Source of the DNA: Candidatus Tayloriibacteriota bacterium
GTDB taxonomy: Bacteria > Patescibacteriota > Minisyncoccia > Phycocordibacterales > CAIRYW01
Reading direction: 5' to 3'
Assembly: GCA_028286725.1 (NCBI GenBank)
Contig: JAQBQZ010000012.1
Span: 5,562 to 69,561 of the forward strand
DNA: 64,000 nt
Under the pieces are notes generated by a model. That model ran no database searches. It had not been told where the DNA came from and worked only from the letters and a program-made list of their open reading frames with translations. How positions within the stretch are numbered: the first letter of the stretch is position 1; each line of letters starts with the position of its first letter. Shown in pieces: positions 25,394-34,962 of this stretch. The translations under genes and the position numbers were made by a program.

Positions 25394-28306
25394 CTATAAC
25401 CCCGCCAACTGTTGCATTTTGTGTCTTGTCTTTGGTCCGACAATTCCTGAGACAGGATTGATGTTGTATTTTGATTGAAATATCTTAACCGCATTATGCG
25501 TGAAGTTGCCGAAATAGCCAGAGATGATCGCTTCCTGATAGCTGCCTTCGTAGATGAGATATTGTTGCAGATCTTTGACGGATTCTCCTTGATCGCCTTT
25601 TTTAAGATCAGTTTCAAATACTACAACATCGGTTGGAATATCAAGTTTTGTCTCTGACATTGATACGGTATTGAGTTTTTTCTGGGTTACTACATCAACA
25701 ATTCCTGTTTGGACCAATCCATGCTTCGCCTGGAATCGCTTGAGAGCAGCCTCAGTCCGCGAACCAAAGTAGCCAGTGATGTATTCCTCTGGATATGTTC
25801 CTTCGGCATGCAGAAGTTCCTGAAGATGCTCTATTTCAATATCAGTTGTTCCTTTCTGGAAAGTCTTTACAAAATGAAGCGCCGGTGTGGATGATGCAAG
25901 AGTTCCACTTTCATTGAACTTTACCTCTCTTACTCCTGCCCTTGGTGCAATGGAGATATTAACAGGCCTTGATGAACCTCCACCAGAGCTACGAGCAAAG
26001 ACTGTGTAGTTGTGAGTCACTCCATTCGTTTGATTAGTGTCTGTGAATGTTTCGCTATTACCTTCGTAGATGATAGCTCCATCTCGCTCGATAACTACGT
26101 CTTCATTAATATTTGGATTACCTTCGTTGATTTCAAAAACTACTTCTCCATCCACCCCCTCAACATCAACGATTGGAGTTTCTCCTTGGTCGGTGATGAT
26201 TGGAGCAGGAGGTGCTGTAGGAACACTAGAAAGACTTCCTGTAGTGGTGAACGTATAGTCCTCTGAAAACGTGACGTTTCCAACTTCATCAATGGACTTC
26301 AGTCGGTAATGATAGGTTGTACCTGAATTGAGACTGCTTAGGGAAACCGAATGAGAAGTGACAAGTGTTTCGGTATTTATACTCGAAGATCCGTAAGTAG
26401 TATCTGTGCCATACTCAACTTGCGATGTTGCTCCCTTGTCAGTCATCCAAGATATTGTCGCTCCTGTACTTGTAACTCCACCCGAAGAGACAGAAATAAT
26501 ATTTGCCGGTGCAACAACGGGAATCGAATGATTGAGTGTATTGAATTCCTCATTTGTAGAAACCGTAGCGACGGATGCTCCCACTGGTTTTGACTTCACT
26601 CGGAAGATGTAGTTGGTATTTGGAGCGAGCCCTGTGATGGTGACTGAATGTGAAGTAGTAAGTGTTGAACTAAGTGCAGTTACCGATCCAAAGTTCTCAC
26701 TATTTCCATATTGTACTTGCGAATCAGATGGTAGATCAGTATTCCAAGCGATTGTCACTGCTGAAGTGGATATTGATGTAGTTTCGATTCCTGAAATAAG
26801 GACAGTTGCAACTTGCGGTGCGGGCTGACCTTGAGTCTGAAATTCCACTTGTGACAAAGCATCAGTCGTGAATATCTCATCGGCACTCATTCCGATATTA
26901 CCCGAGACATCAGTTGAAGTGATTCGATAATGGTATGTGGTGTCAGGAGAAAGAGAAGACAAGATAGTCGAATGACTGAGAGATGCGTTACCACTAAGAT
27001 TCACTGTCGTGCCATAACTTGCAGTCGTACCATACTGAATGCTTGAAGTCGCAAGCTCACTTGTTGTCCAACCGATAGTAGCACCCGATGTCGTTATTGG
27101 AGCAACAGTGATGAGCGATATCTGCGGAGGAGTTGTATCAGCAGGAGTGGAAGGTGGCGTGATTACTGCAGGATCTGTTGTGAAAAAATTTGGACAATTG
27201 TTTGCCGTATTGCCAGCAAGGTCTGTAGCACGGATGCAATAGTAATATGTGCTGCTCGCAGTGAGTCCAGTAAGTGTTGCCGTGTGAGCGAGAAGTGCCG
27301 TGCCAGAAATTGTGGCATGAGAACCATAGCTCTGGCTCGTTCCATATTCAAGAGTTGAAATACTTAATTCGTTTGTATTCCAAGCCAGCGTTACATCAGT
27401 GATGCCAAGAGATGCGGTACCAATTCCTGAAATAATTGGTGCGGTCATATCAGTTGGCGAAACAACAACTTGAGGAGCTGGTTCTGAAACTACATTCTGT
27501 CCAGCAATCGGTTCGGTAGTGAATGTTTCGTCAGAAGTGATCGTCTCATTTCCAAACTCATCACTTGTGATGATGCGGTAATGGTAGAGAGTATTTGCTG
27601 TAAGACCTGAAAGAACTACTGCGTGTGTCAGCGCGAGATTGGTATCGAGATTCGCCGATTCTCCGTATCCTTCTGTAGTACCATATTCGACACGAGCATT
27701 GCCAACTTCAGTTGTAGTGAAATTAATTGTGGCTCCCATAGTGGTGATTGGAGCAACCGTTATCAAACTAACGTCTGGTGGAGTTGTGTCGACGACAACC
27801 GATTGAGAGGCAGTAGTAAAAATATGACCGCAGGAATTTGTTGCATTGTTTGCAAGGTCATGTGCATGAATACAGTAATAGTATATTGTGCCAGGAGTTA
27901 AACCTGTGAGAATCGCCGTGTGGGCAAGAAGTGCTGTAGCATCAAGGGTTGCACTTGATCCATAACTCTCCGTTGTTCCGTATTCAAAAGTAGAGATTGA
28001 AAGTTCGTCAGTGGTCCAAACAATCGTCGCATCATGAGTCGCAAGCGAAAGACTCGCAGCGCCAGAAATGACAGGACCAGTAGTGTCGCTAGCCGTTACT
28101 GTTTGCACAACAGGTTCAACAACTGTAGGAGTCGGCTCGGGTGTGGGACTAGGCGTCGGTTCTGCTGGAGGAGCAGGAGGTGCAGGTGGAGTTTCAACTG
28201 GTGGAGGAGTTGGTGGTGGAGTGACATCGCCGAGCTCGGCAAAAACAGGAGAAACATTTAATAAAAGTAATCCCACTATGAGTACAGACGAAAAGAACTT
28301 TTTCAT
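25394..28306 (-). CDS. large secreted cell-surface protein with Pro-rich N-terminal linker, ~7 FN3-like repeats and two C-terminal peptidoglycan-binding (PG_binding_1-like) domains
   Basis: Signal peptide MKKFFSSVLIVGLLLLNVSPVFA, PPPTPPPVETPPAPPAPPAEPTPSPTPEPTP linker, repeated ..ISG..TD.T.AW.T.ELS.S...YGT...YG......HTA.LTGL...T.YYY.I... units. C-terminus has two helical PG-binding-like repeats (TGYFGSRTEAALKRFQAKHGLVQTGIVD; SGYFGNFTHNAVKIFQSKYNINPVSGIVGPKTRHKM). Confidence 0.7.
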   Translation of the reverse strand: MKKFFSSVLIVGLLLLNVSPVFAELGDVTPPPTPPPVETPPAPPAPPAEPTPSPTPEPTPTVVEPVVQTVTASDTTGPVISGAASLSLATHDATIVWTTDELSISTFEYGTTESYGSSATLDATALLAHTAILTGLTPGTIYYYCIHAHDLANNATNSCGHIFTTASQSVVVDTTPPDVSLITVAPITTMGATINFTTTEVGNARVEYGTTEGYGESANLDTNLALTHAVVLSGLTANTLYHYRIITSDEFGNETITSDETFTTEPIAGQNVVSEPAPQVVVSPTDMTAPIISGIGTASLGITDVTLAWNTNELSISTLEYGTSQSYGSHATISGTALLAHTATLTGLTASSTYYYCIRATDLAGNTANNCPNFFTTDPAVITPPSTPADTTPPQISLITVAPITTSGATIGWTTSELATSSIQYGTTASYGTTVNLSGNASLSHSTILSSLSPDTTYHYRITSTDVSGNIGMSADEIFTTDALSQVEFQTQGQPAPQVATVLISGIETTSISTSAVTIAWNTDLPSDSQVQYGNSENFGSVTALSSTLTTSHSVTITGLAPNTNYIFRVKSKPVGASVATVSTNEEFNTLNHSIPVVAPANIISVSSGGVTSTGATISWMTDKGATSQVEYGTDTTYGSSSINTETLVTSHSVSLSSLNSGTTYHYRLKSIDEVGNVTFSEDYTFTTTGSLSSVPTAPPAPIITDQGETPIVDVEGVDGEVVFEINEGNPNINEDVVIERDGAIIYEGNSETFTDTNQTNGVTHNYTVFARSSGGGSSRPVNISIAPRAGVREVKFNESGTLASSTPALHFVKTFQKGTTDIEIEHLQELLHAEGTYPEEYITGYFGSRTEAALKRFQAKHGLVQTGIVDVVTQKKLNTVSMSETKLDIPTDVVVFETDLKKGDQGESVKDLQQYLIYEGSYQEAIISGYFGNFTHNAVKIFQSKYNINPVSGIVGPKTRHKMQQLAGL

Positions 28307-28597
28307 GTATTAAAAAATAATTATTAAAAACCAAGTGATCCAACTCATTATACAGGAGGAGAATTTATTAGATAGCAAAGGAGGGTATAACTATATTTTT
28401 TATCAAGCAATTTGAAAACCTACTGAAAAATCTAGATACTAATGAAATTGAGATCGAAGAGAAAATTGGTATCAACACTATCGATATACGAAGTTGCGCG
28501 AAATATGTGCTCCGAAAAGGAATGGATCCTGAAAAGAGAGAATTACTTTTTTTCCTTGAAAGAAAAATTAGCTTGAATAACAAATTAATTCATTTAT

Positions 28598-28978
28598 CTA
28601 ATTCTGAAAATCAACTTGGAATCGATACATTCCCATTCCACATGTACCTTGAATCGAAGCAACACTTGGAGTGCCTAGATCTATATCTGTTGTTCCTGTT
28701 TGAGGAAGGGTCTGACTTATATCCATACTTGGAATTCGAACTGATGATGAGCAATCAAATGTTCCGTTAGTGTCAAATCTTAGAACTGTTGGCATCCCAG
28801 CTTTTGCTGTACTTTTTAGCGGATGATATCCGCCCTTTGCACTGATCTCAATAATCTGTTTTCCATCAATAACACTCACATTGTTTGCGAGGGCATCTTT
28901 AGATCCTCCTTTACTTAGCATGAATGCTCCTCCGATAATAACTACAGCTACTACAATTGATACGATTATTGTTTTCAC
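28598..28978 (-). CDS. membrane-anchored cupredoxin-like domain protein (copper-associated)
   Basis: N-terminal TM then a ~100-aa beta-rich domain with Cys and His (GGYHPLKSTAKAGMPTVLRFDTNGTFDCSSSVRIPSM). Last gene of the cop cluster. Confidence 0.4.
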   Translation of the reverse strand: MKTIIVSIVVAVVIIGGAFMLSKGGSKDALANNVSVIDGKQIIEISAKGGYHPLKSTAKAGMPTVLRFDTNGTFDCSSSVRIPSMDISQTLPQTGTTDIDLGTPSVASIQGTCGMGMYRFQVDFQN

Positions 28979-28996
28979 AAATTATTTTTTATTATA

Positions 28997-30028
28997 CTAA
29001 AAATTAAATACTGGAGATATTGCGCCAATTACTACCAATGCATTGATAAGGTTGAATAATGCAAAGAGAATTACAATAAGGCCCGCCGACTTAAAGAATA
29101 TTCCTGACTTTGAACTATTTTGAATACTGAACGAACTAAAACTAACAAGAGCTAGTACGGGCAAAGTTCCGAGTGCAAACGAAACCATTGTCAGTCCACC
29201 CTTAAGAAAGCTTCCTGTTGTCAGAGTGTAGAGTTGCATCGATTGAGTGAATCCGCAGGGCAAGAAGAATGTTGCAACACCCACAAGTAGAGGTGTGAGC
29301 ATATGGTTGAGGCTTGAGACACTATGAGCTCGCTTTCCAATAAACTTTGGCATTGATGGTTGAAGTTTCTTTGCCCATGGAAAGACATCCAAAAGATTTA
29401 AGCCGAGTACAAACATGACAATGGCAATAATGAGTCCTAAAATAAAAGTAGCAGAACTATTCAATGTAAATGCAGAGCCTAAAGATCCGATCACTCCACC
29501 GAGAATAAAGAATGAGACAATTCGTCCTCCGTGGAACATAAGCTGAGGTCGTATCTTGTCTCCCTCTTTTGCAAAGGTTGCAGACATTGAGAGTACTAGT
29601 CCTCCGACTACTGCCATGCATGTTGATAGAGATGCAATAATGCCAATCACAAATGCTGTGCCGTAGGTGACTTTGCCTGCTCCCACAAGATTTACTAATC
29701 CTGCATATTGAAGCACTACAAACAAAACTGCAAAAGCTAGAGCAATGGGTATGGCTATTTTAAACTCTGACCAACAATTCTCTTTGATTTGTTTTTCAAG
29801 TGAAATACTATAGCCAAGAGATTCAATCTGTATGCTTAATTCTTCTGCAATCTGTTTCGGTTCTTTGTCCCCAAAATCTCCTGTCACTTCTATTGTGTGA
29901 TCCTTGAGATTTGATTTGCCACTGGTCACATTTTGTAGACTCCCAATCTTATCTTCTGTCAAAATGACACAAGAATTGCAATGCATACCGTGAATATGAA
30001 ATCGAAAAGTTTTAATAGCTGTTTTCAT
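28997..30028 (-). CDS. HMA (heavy-metal-associated) domain fused to a polytopic membrane domain (DsbD_2/CcdA-like or TauE-like permease)
   Basis: N-terminal ferredoxin-like metal-binding domain with GMHCNSC, then about 6-8 TM helices containing ASLSTCMAV and FFLPCGFT Cys motifs. Confidence 0.5.
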   Translation of the reverse strand: MKTAIKTFRFHIHGMHCNSCVILTEDKIGSLQNVTSGKSNLKDHTIEVTGDFGDKEPKQIAEELSIQIESLGYSISLEKQIKENCWSEFKIAIPIALAFAVLFVVLQYAGLVNLVGAGKVTYGTAFVIGIIASLSTCMAVVGGLVLSMSATFAKEGDKIRPQLMFHGGRIVSFFILGGVIGSLGSAFTLNSSATFILGLIIAIVMFVLGLNLLDVFPWAKKLQPSMPKFIGKRAHSVSSLNHMLTPLLVGVATFFLPCGFTQSMQLYTLTTGSFLKGGLTMVSFALGTLPVLALVSFSSFSIQNSSKSGIFFKSAGLIVILFALFNLINALVVIGAISPVFNF

Positions 30029-30030
30029 AA

Positions 30031-32313
30031 TTATAATTTCATTCTCTTAATTCTAAGTGAGTTCATAACAACCGTCACACTCTCGAATGCCATGATCGCT
30101 CCTGCAATTGCTGGACTCAATGTCCATCCATAGAATGGAAAGAGTATGCCCGCTGCAACTGGAATACCTATTGAGTTGTATCCGAATGACCAAATGAGAT
30201 TCTGCCAAATAGTTTTATTAGTCCTTTGAGCAAGATGTATTGCTTCTGCAACTTTTACAATATCACCTTTCAAAATAACGATGTCCGAGCTTTCGATTGC
30301 AATGTCCGAGCCATCACTCATTGAGATAGCAACATCAGCTTGAGCTAATGCCGGAGCATCATTTACTCCATCCCCAATCATTGCCACCTTAAAACCTTTT
30401 TTCTGTAATTCCTTAACAATATTTAGTTTATCTTCTGGCTTCACATCCGAATATATTTCATCTATTCCGAGTCCTTTAGCTACAGACTCACTTGTTGCTT
30501 TATGGTCGCCAGTTGCCATAACTACTTTGAGTCCAAGTTTTTTGAGTTTTACAATTTCATCTTTTGCTTCTGGTTTTACTGTATCATGTATTTTAATGAG
30601 TGAAAGAACTTCTTTTTCATCTGAAAGATAAAGTTCACGACCGTTTTCAAAACGAGCATCATCGAAATCTTTTTTTATTCCTTCTTCCGATTGCTTTAAT
30701 ACGCCTGCAACATATGCTCGAGAACCAAGATAGTATTTTTTGTTCTGATATTCTGCTGTTACTCCTTTGCCCGCAACTTCATTCAAGTTAGTAATAAGGA
30801 GTGGTTCTACTTTGTTTTCCTTAAGCCATGTCGCTACACTTTCAGATACGGGGTGCTTTGAAGATTTAGTAATTGAGTAGATGAGAGATTGTTTGAATCC
30901 CGTATCTTCTATATCACAAGTATGATTTTTATCTTTGCAATAAACTCCCTCGATAGCTAATTTATTATGTGTAAGTGTCCCAGTTTTGTCGAAGACAATC
31001 GCTGTGACCTTCGCTAGTTTTTCCAAACTCTCCGCATTCTTGATTAGTATTCCTCTTTCCGCACCTCGTCCAACTCCTGTAATGATCGCTGTTGGTGTTG
31101 CAAGACCAAGAGAACAAGGACATGCAATAACAAGCACCGCCATCGTGGTAGAAATGGCATATGCAAAAGCAGTAGTTAAGCCAAGAGTTGCATGGGCAAA
31201 TATCATCCACGATGCAAAAGTGAGTATCGCAATCCCAATTACTACATATACAAATACACCAGATATTCTGTCAGCAGTCCGTTCTATAGGAGCTTTTGAG
31301 TTTTGTGCATTTTCAACGATAGAAATAATATGAGCAAGTGCGGTATCTTTTGGGTCTTTAGTTACCTTGATATGGAGTACTCCTTGAAAGTTTTGCGTTC
31401 CTGCAAATACTTGATCATTTATACCTTTATCTACTGGAATTGCTTCACCAGTAAGGTTTGATTCATCAATTGAGCTTCCACCCTCTACAACAACACCATC
31501 AAGCGGTATTCGCTCATTAGGCTTTACGATAACAATGTCACTAATGTTTACTTTTTCGATTGAGACTTCAATCTCTTTACCATCACGAATAACTAAGGCG
31601 GTCTTACTTGTAAGTCCTGCTAGTTTTTGCAGAGATTCATTTGTCTTTTTCTTTGCACGAGCTTCGAGGTACTGTCCGAAAGCAATAAGACCGATCACCA
31701 CAATAACGACATCATAAAAATTAGAAGTAATATTTATGTACGGTGCTAATTCTTTTTCAAAGGCTGTGACAATAAAAGAGTATATAAAAGCGACGATAGT
31801 TGAGATACCCACAAGAGTATCCATATTTGCTGTGCGAGTCTTAAGAAATATCCAAACTGCTTTTATGTACTTTCTCCCTATGCCAAAGAGTACAAAAGAG
31901 GCAAAAATTGGCATCAGATGGTGAAAAACTTCATACACATTTGGAGACATTGCAGGGATTATATTGCTTTGAGAAAGTACCTCCCAAAACATCATTACAA
32001 AAGAGAATGCAACCATTGGTAAGATGAATTTCATTTCAAGTTCAGTATCTATTGCACCACCATTCTCACCATGATGATGGTCGGCAGAGGGGGACTTTTT
32101 ATCAAAATCTTCAAGCGTGTATCCAAATGGAGAAATAATATTAGAAAGTTTGATTGTATCAATTGGAGTATCGGTAAAACTAATGATGGCTTTTTCTTGA
32201 TTAAGTTTAACTGATACGGACTTAATTCCAGGAACCTGCTTAAGCTTGTCTTCTATAAGAATGACACAACTAGCACAATGCATACCTTTTACTTTATATA
32301 CATCTTCCATCAT
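30031..32313 (-). CDS. copA: copper-translocating P1B-type ATPase
   Basis: N-terminal HMA GMHCASC, TM CPC motif IACPCSLGLATP, phosphorylation site DKTGTLT, hinge GDGVNDAPAL, 760 aa. Confidence 0.9.
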   Translation of the reverse strand: MMEDVYKVKGMHCASCVILIEDKLKQVPGIKSVSVKLNQEKAIISFTDTPIDTIKLSNIISPFGYTLEDFDKKSPSADHHHGENGGAIDTELEMKFILPMVAFSFVMMFWEVLSQSNIIPAMSPNVYEVFHHLMPIFASFVLFGIGRKYIKAVWIFLKTRTANMDTLVGISTIVAFIYSFIVTAFEKELAPYINITSNFYDVVIVVIGLIAFGQYLEARAKKKTNESLQKLAGLTSKTALVIRDGKEIEVSIEKVNISDIVIVKPNERIPLDGVVVEGGSSIDESNLTGEAIPVDKGINDQVFAGTQNFQGVLHIKVTKDPKDTALAHIISIVENAQNSKAPIERTADRISGVFVYVVIGIAILTFASWMIFAHATLGLTTAFAYAISTTMAVLVIACPCSLGLATPTAIITGVGRGAERGILIKNAESLEKLAKVTAIVFDKTGTLTHNKLAIEGVYCKDKNHTCDIEDTGFKQSLIYSITKSSKHPVSESVATWLKENKVEPLLITNLNEVAGKGVTAEYQNKKYYLGSRAYVAGVLKQSEEGIKKDFDDARFENGRELYLSDEKEVLSLIKIHDTVKPEAKDEIVKLKKLGLKVVMATGDHKATSESVAKGLGIDEIYSDVKPEDKLNIVKELQKKGFKVAMIGDGVNDAPALAQADVAISMSDGSDIAIESSDIVILKGDIVKVAEAIHLAQRTNKTIWQNLIWSFGYNSIGIPVAAGILFPFYGWTLSPAIAGAIMAFESVTVVMNSLRIKRMKL

Positions 32314-32315
32314 TT

Positions 32316-32663
32316 TTATATTTTAATTCCAAATTTAGTAAGTAATAGAGCGTAAATTGTGTATCCTAGAAACATAACAATTATTGATACGAACATTGCT
32401 AAATTAAAAGTGAAGCCCATCTTTAACAAGGTCGGCAAAGTAACAAAAAACAATAGCGAAGGCAATACTGCCCAAAAAATATTATGGGACAAATCAATGA
32501 CCTTCCCCACATCTTTTGTGTCATGATAAAGCCACGTTATTGCAAGAATAGATGTTAGAGGTAAAGAAGCTACGATAGCACCAATAAAACTTAGACGTTT
32601 AGATATTTCAGATGCTAAAGTAATTATTAATGCAGAAACAATAATTTTAATAAGATATTGCAT
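32316..32663 (-). CDS. small hypothetical membrane protein co-transcribed with copA
   Basis: 115 aa with 3-4 TM helices, 3-nt spacer to copA. Confidence 0.4.
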   Translation of the reverse strand: MQYLIKIIVSALIITLASEISKRLSFIGAIVASLPLTSILAITWLYHDTKDVGKVIDLSHNIFWAVLPSLLFFVTLPTLLKMGFTFNLAMFVSIIVMFLGYTIYALLLTKFGIKI

Positions 32664-32667
32664 AAAA

Positions 32668-32943
32668 TTATTTTCTCTTTAGCTTATATACTTTTAATAT
32701 TTCATCTTTAGCTTTTGTAGCTTCCCCCGTAGTCATTTGTTTCGAAACGCAACAGTCCAAGTGATTTTCTAGTAGTATATCTTCAACATTTGAGAGAGCT
32801 TGTTTAACGGCAGAGGTTTGGGTAATAACATCAATACAATATTTATCTTCCTCAATCATTTTTTGAAGACCTCGCACTTGACCCTCGATCAACTTAAGTC
32901 GGCGAACAACTTTGTCTTTGCTATTTTTTTCTGTATATTTCAT
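32668..32943 (-). CDS. csoR: CsoR/RcnR-family metal-sensing transcriptional repressor
   Basis: LIEGQVRGLQKMIEEDKYCIDVITQTSAVKQAL...HLDCC: the W-X-Y-Z metal-ligand pattern (Cys, His, Cys) of copper-sensing CsoR, 91 aa. Confidence 0.75.
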   Translation of the reverse strand: MKYTEKNSKDKVVRRLKLIEGQVRGLQKMIEEDKYCIDVITQTSAVKQALSNVEDILLENHLDCCVSKQMTTGEATKAKDEILKVYKLKRK

Positions 32944-33062
32944 ATAAGAAATTATATACCCCCTAGGGGGTATGAGTCAATGGAAAGTAAAAAACACTTT
33001 AAAAGGTGTTTTTTACTTTCCATTTATAGCTAGATCGAGGCATCTCGATGCTTACTCGTGTT

Positions 33063-33092
33063 GGTGGAGATGGAGGGAATTTCGACCTCGAC
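33063..33092 (-). repeat. degenerate direct copy of the tRNA-Ser(GCU) 3' half
   Basis: ggtggagatggagggaatttcgacctcgac versus the gene's gcggagatggagggattcgaaccctcggt, about 165 bp beyond the tRNA 3' end. Confidence 0.45.
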
Positions 33093-33164
33093 TAAATTTT
33101 TGCCGTCGCAAAAATTTGTCTGGTCACCGGCTCGAATTTTTTGTTGCTACAAAAAATATACTAC

Positions 33165-33214
33165 GCCGTTCGAATCCCTCACGCAAGTGCGTTTAGCACT
33201 TGCTCATCTCCGCA
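33165..33214 (+). repeat. inverted partial copy of the tRNA-Ser(GCU) 3' half with an inserted hairpin
   Basis: gccgTTCGAATCcctc-ACGCAAGTGCgtttaGCACTTGC-tcatctccgcac. Same three-part architecture, including the ACGCAAG..CTTGC hairpin, as 15968..16014. Confidence 0.5.
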
Positions 33215-33256
33215 CAACAAAAATGGCGCCCTCAAAGGCGCTCATATTTGTAAGTG

Positions 33257-33345
33257 CGGAGATGGAGGGATTCGAACCCTCGGTGCGCTTTAAGACGCAC
33301 GCCTCTTTAGCAAAGAGGTAGATTAAACCACTCTCCCACATCTCC
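33257..33345 (-). tRNA. tRNA-Ser (anticodon GCU), class II
   Basis: GGAGATGTGGGAGAGTGGTTTAATCTACCTCT-TTGCTAA-AGAGGCGTGCGTCTTAAAGCGCACCGAGGGTTCGAATCCCTCCATCTCCG, long variable arm, G73, CCA not encoded. Confidence 0.8.
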
Positions 33346-33422
33346 GTATATTTTATTTTCGACAATTCAGGTCTCCCATATCTCCAAACTCACCTGAGAT
33401 TACCACAAAAAGCTGTATTTTT

Positions 33423-34640
33423 CTACCTTTTTGTATCCCAAAGATCCCACACCGCACCTGCAATGTTCTTCGGTTTCCCTTCCAAGGCATAATAATGAAG
33501 ATCTATAAATGGTAATGTATTTGCCTCAATGATTCCCCACTTTTGTGAATCAGCATCAAGAGTTGGATCAGGAACAATACAATCAAATCCCGCAACTCCA
33601 AGCCCCACGATCTTTCCTACTTTTTCTAGAATTGGAATGAAACTTGGGTGGAGTTCATCAAACATTTCTTTGGTCACTCCGCCAAAGAGTCTTCCTGTTC
33701 GATATGTGAGTTGCACTTTTTCATCTGCCTTTGGCACCGTTTGAAGCGTGAATCCTGAACGACCAATATAATCCAGGATTTCTTTGTTTATTTCTACTTC
33801 TCCAATTCGCGTATTCTTGTTTTTATTTTTGTCTTCGATAAGTTCTTTGATATTTGAAACACCATTTCCCACTACCGTCGGCACTCCTGCACGATAGAAT
33901 CCAAGAAGCTTTCCATTAACCAAAGTCGCCCGACAGACATCACCCATCAAGTGTTCTTCAACAATAATATACGGCGTCATGATCTGTGCTACCTCGATCG
34001 CCTTCAAGAAGTCGTCAAATGAATTAATGTTTGTTGTCGTGTGTCTCCCTCGTGATCCTACTCGCGGCTTAACAATGATAGGCTTTGCGAATGAATCAAA
34101 TATTTTTTGAAGCTTTTTCATGTGCTGCTCCGGTTTTTGGAATAGAGTCAGATCAACACTTTTTGGCACTGGGATATTATTTTTTCTGAATACTTTTTTG
34201 AGAAATGATTTGTTGTCCCACATATCAACCATATCGAGAAATTCTGTTGGAATCGGGATACTTTCAAAATATATTCTTTTGCCGCTTTTGAGACGCGCTC
34301 GATAAAATTCTATTGGTTTTCCAAAGATGATGATCTGCTCCATTTGAAGTCCTCTCCTATTAGCTTCTTCCCATACGACACGAGAACGAAAGGTATTCAC
34401 CTTTTCGATATCAGAAGAAAACTTCACAAGATGAAACATGTTGAGTATTGGAAAAGAAATAGATGGAAGCCAGTCCACAAATCTTTTCAAAAACTTTGGC
34501 GCAAACTTCGTGATCTTTCCAAAGATAGGATCAATATTGATAGAAAGGATACTCCCGAAGTAAGACATTCCGTGGTTGGTCGGTACATTGGCACAATACG
34601 GACAATCGGTTTTTATTTTTGTTGGTTCGATATTACTCAT
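33423..34640 (-). CDS. ATP-grasp domain protein (RimK / cyanophycin-synthetase-like peptide ligase) with N-terminal Cys motif
   Basis: Central KPRVGSRGRHT...IVEEHLMGDVCRATLVNGKLLGFYRAG...GIIEAN resembles the ATP-grasp B/C subdomains. N-terminus carries CPYCANVP. Confidence 0.45.
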   Translation of the reverse strand: MSNIEPTKIKTDCPYCANVPTNHGMSYFGSILSINIDPIFGKITKFAPKFLKRFVDWLPSISFPILNMFHLVKFSSDIEKVNTFRSRVVWEEANRRGLQMEQIIIFGKPIEFYRARLKSGKRIYFESIPIPTEFLDMVDMWDNKSFLKKVFRKNNIPVPKSVDLTLFQKPEQHMKKLQKIFDSFAKPIIVKPRVGSRGRHTTTNINSFDDFLKAIEVAQIMTPYIIVEEHLMGDVCRATLVNGKLLGFYRAGVPTVVGNGVSNIKELIEDKNKNKNTRIGEVEINKEILDYIGRSGFTLQTVPKADEKVQLTYRTGRLFGGVTKEMFDELHPSFIPILEKVGKIVGLGVAGFDCIVPDPTLDADSQKWGIIEANTLPFIDLHYYALEGKPKNIAGAVWDLWDTKR

Positions 34641-34962
34641 TAGTTTATTTAATATAGCATCTCAATAGGACATTTGCATTCAACAAACAAAAACACCACA
34701 TCTTACAATGTGGTGTTTTTGAAGAGCAAGCTCTTAATGTCCTCCTAGTTGCATATATTTGTATAATTAACCGGTAACCCATTCATTATACACCATAATT
34801 TGAGACCATGGCTAGTCTTTTTAGGTTGTGGTGGGTAAAAGGTCCTCGGAGCAGAGTCAGTGATGACCTTTGTTCCAACGGCGACTCGGATATTGTGCGC
34901 GAGAATACTCGCCCACACATCCTCGCTTGTTGGAAATAAACCCAAAATGCTATAATAATTCA

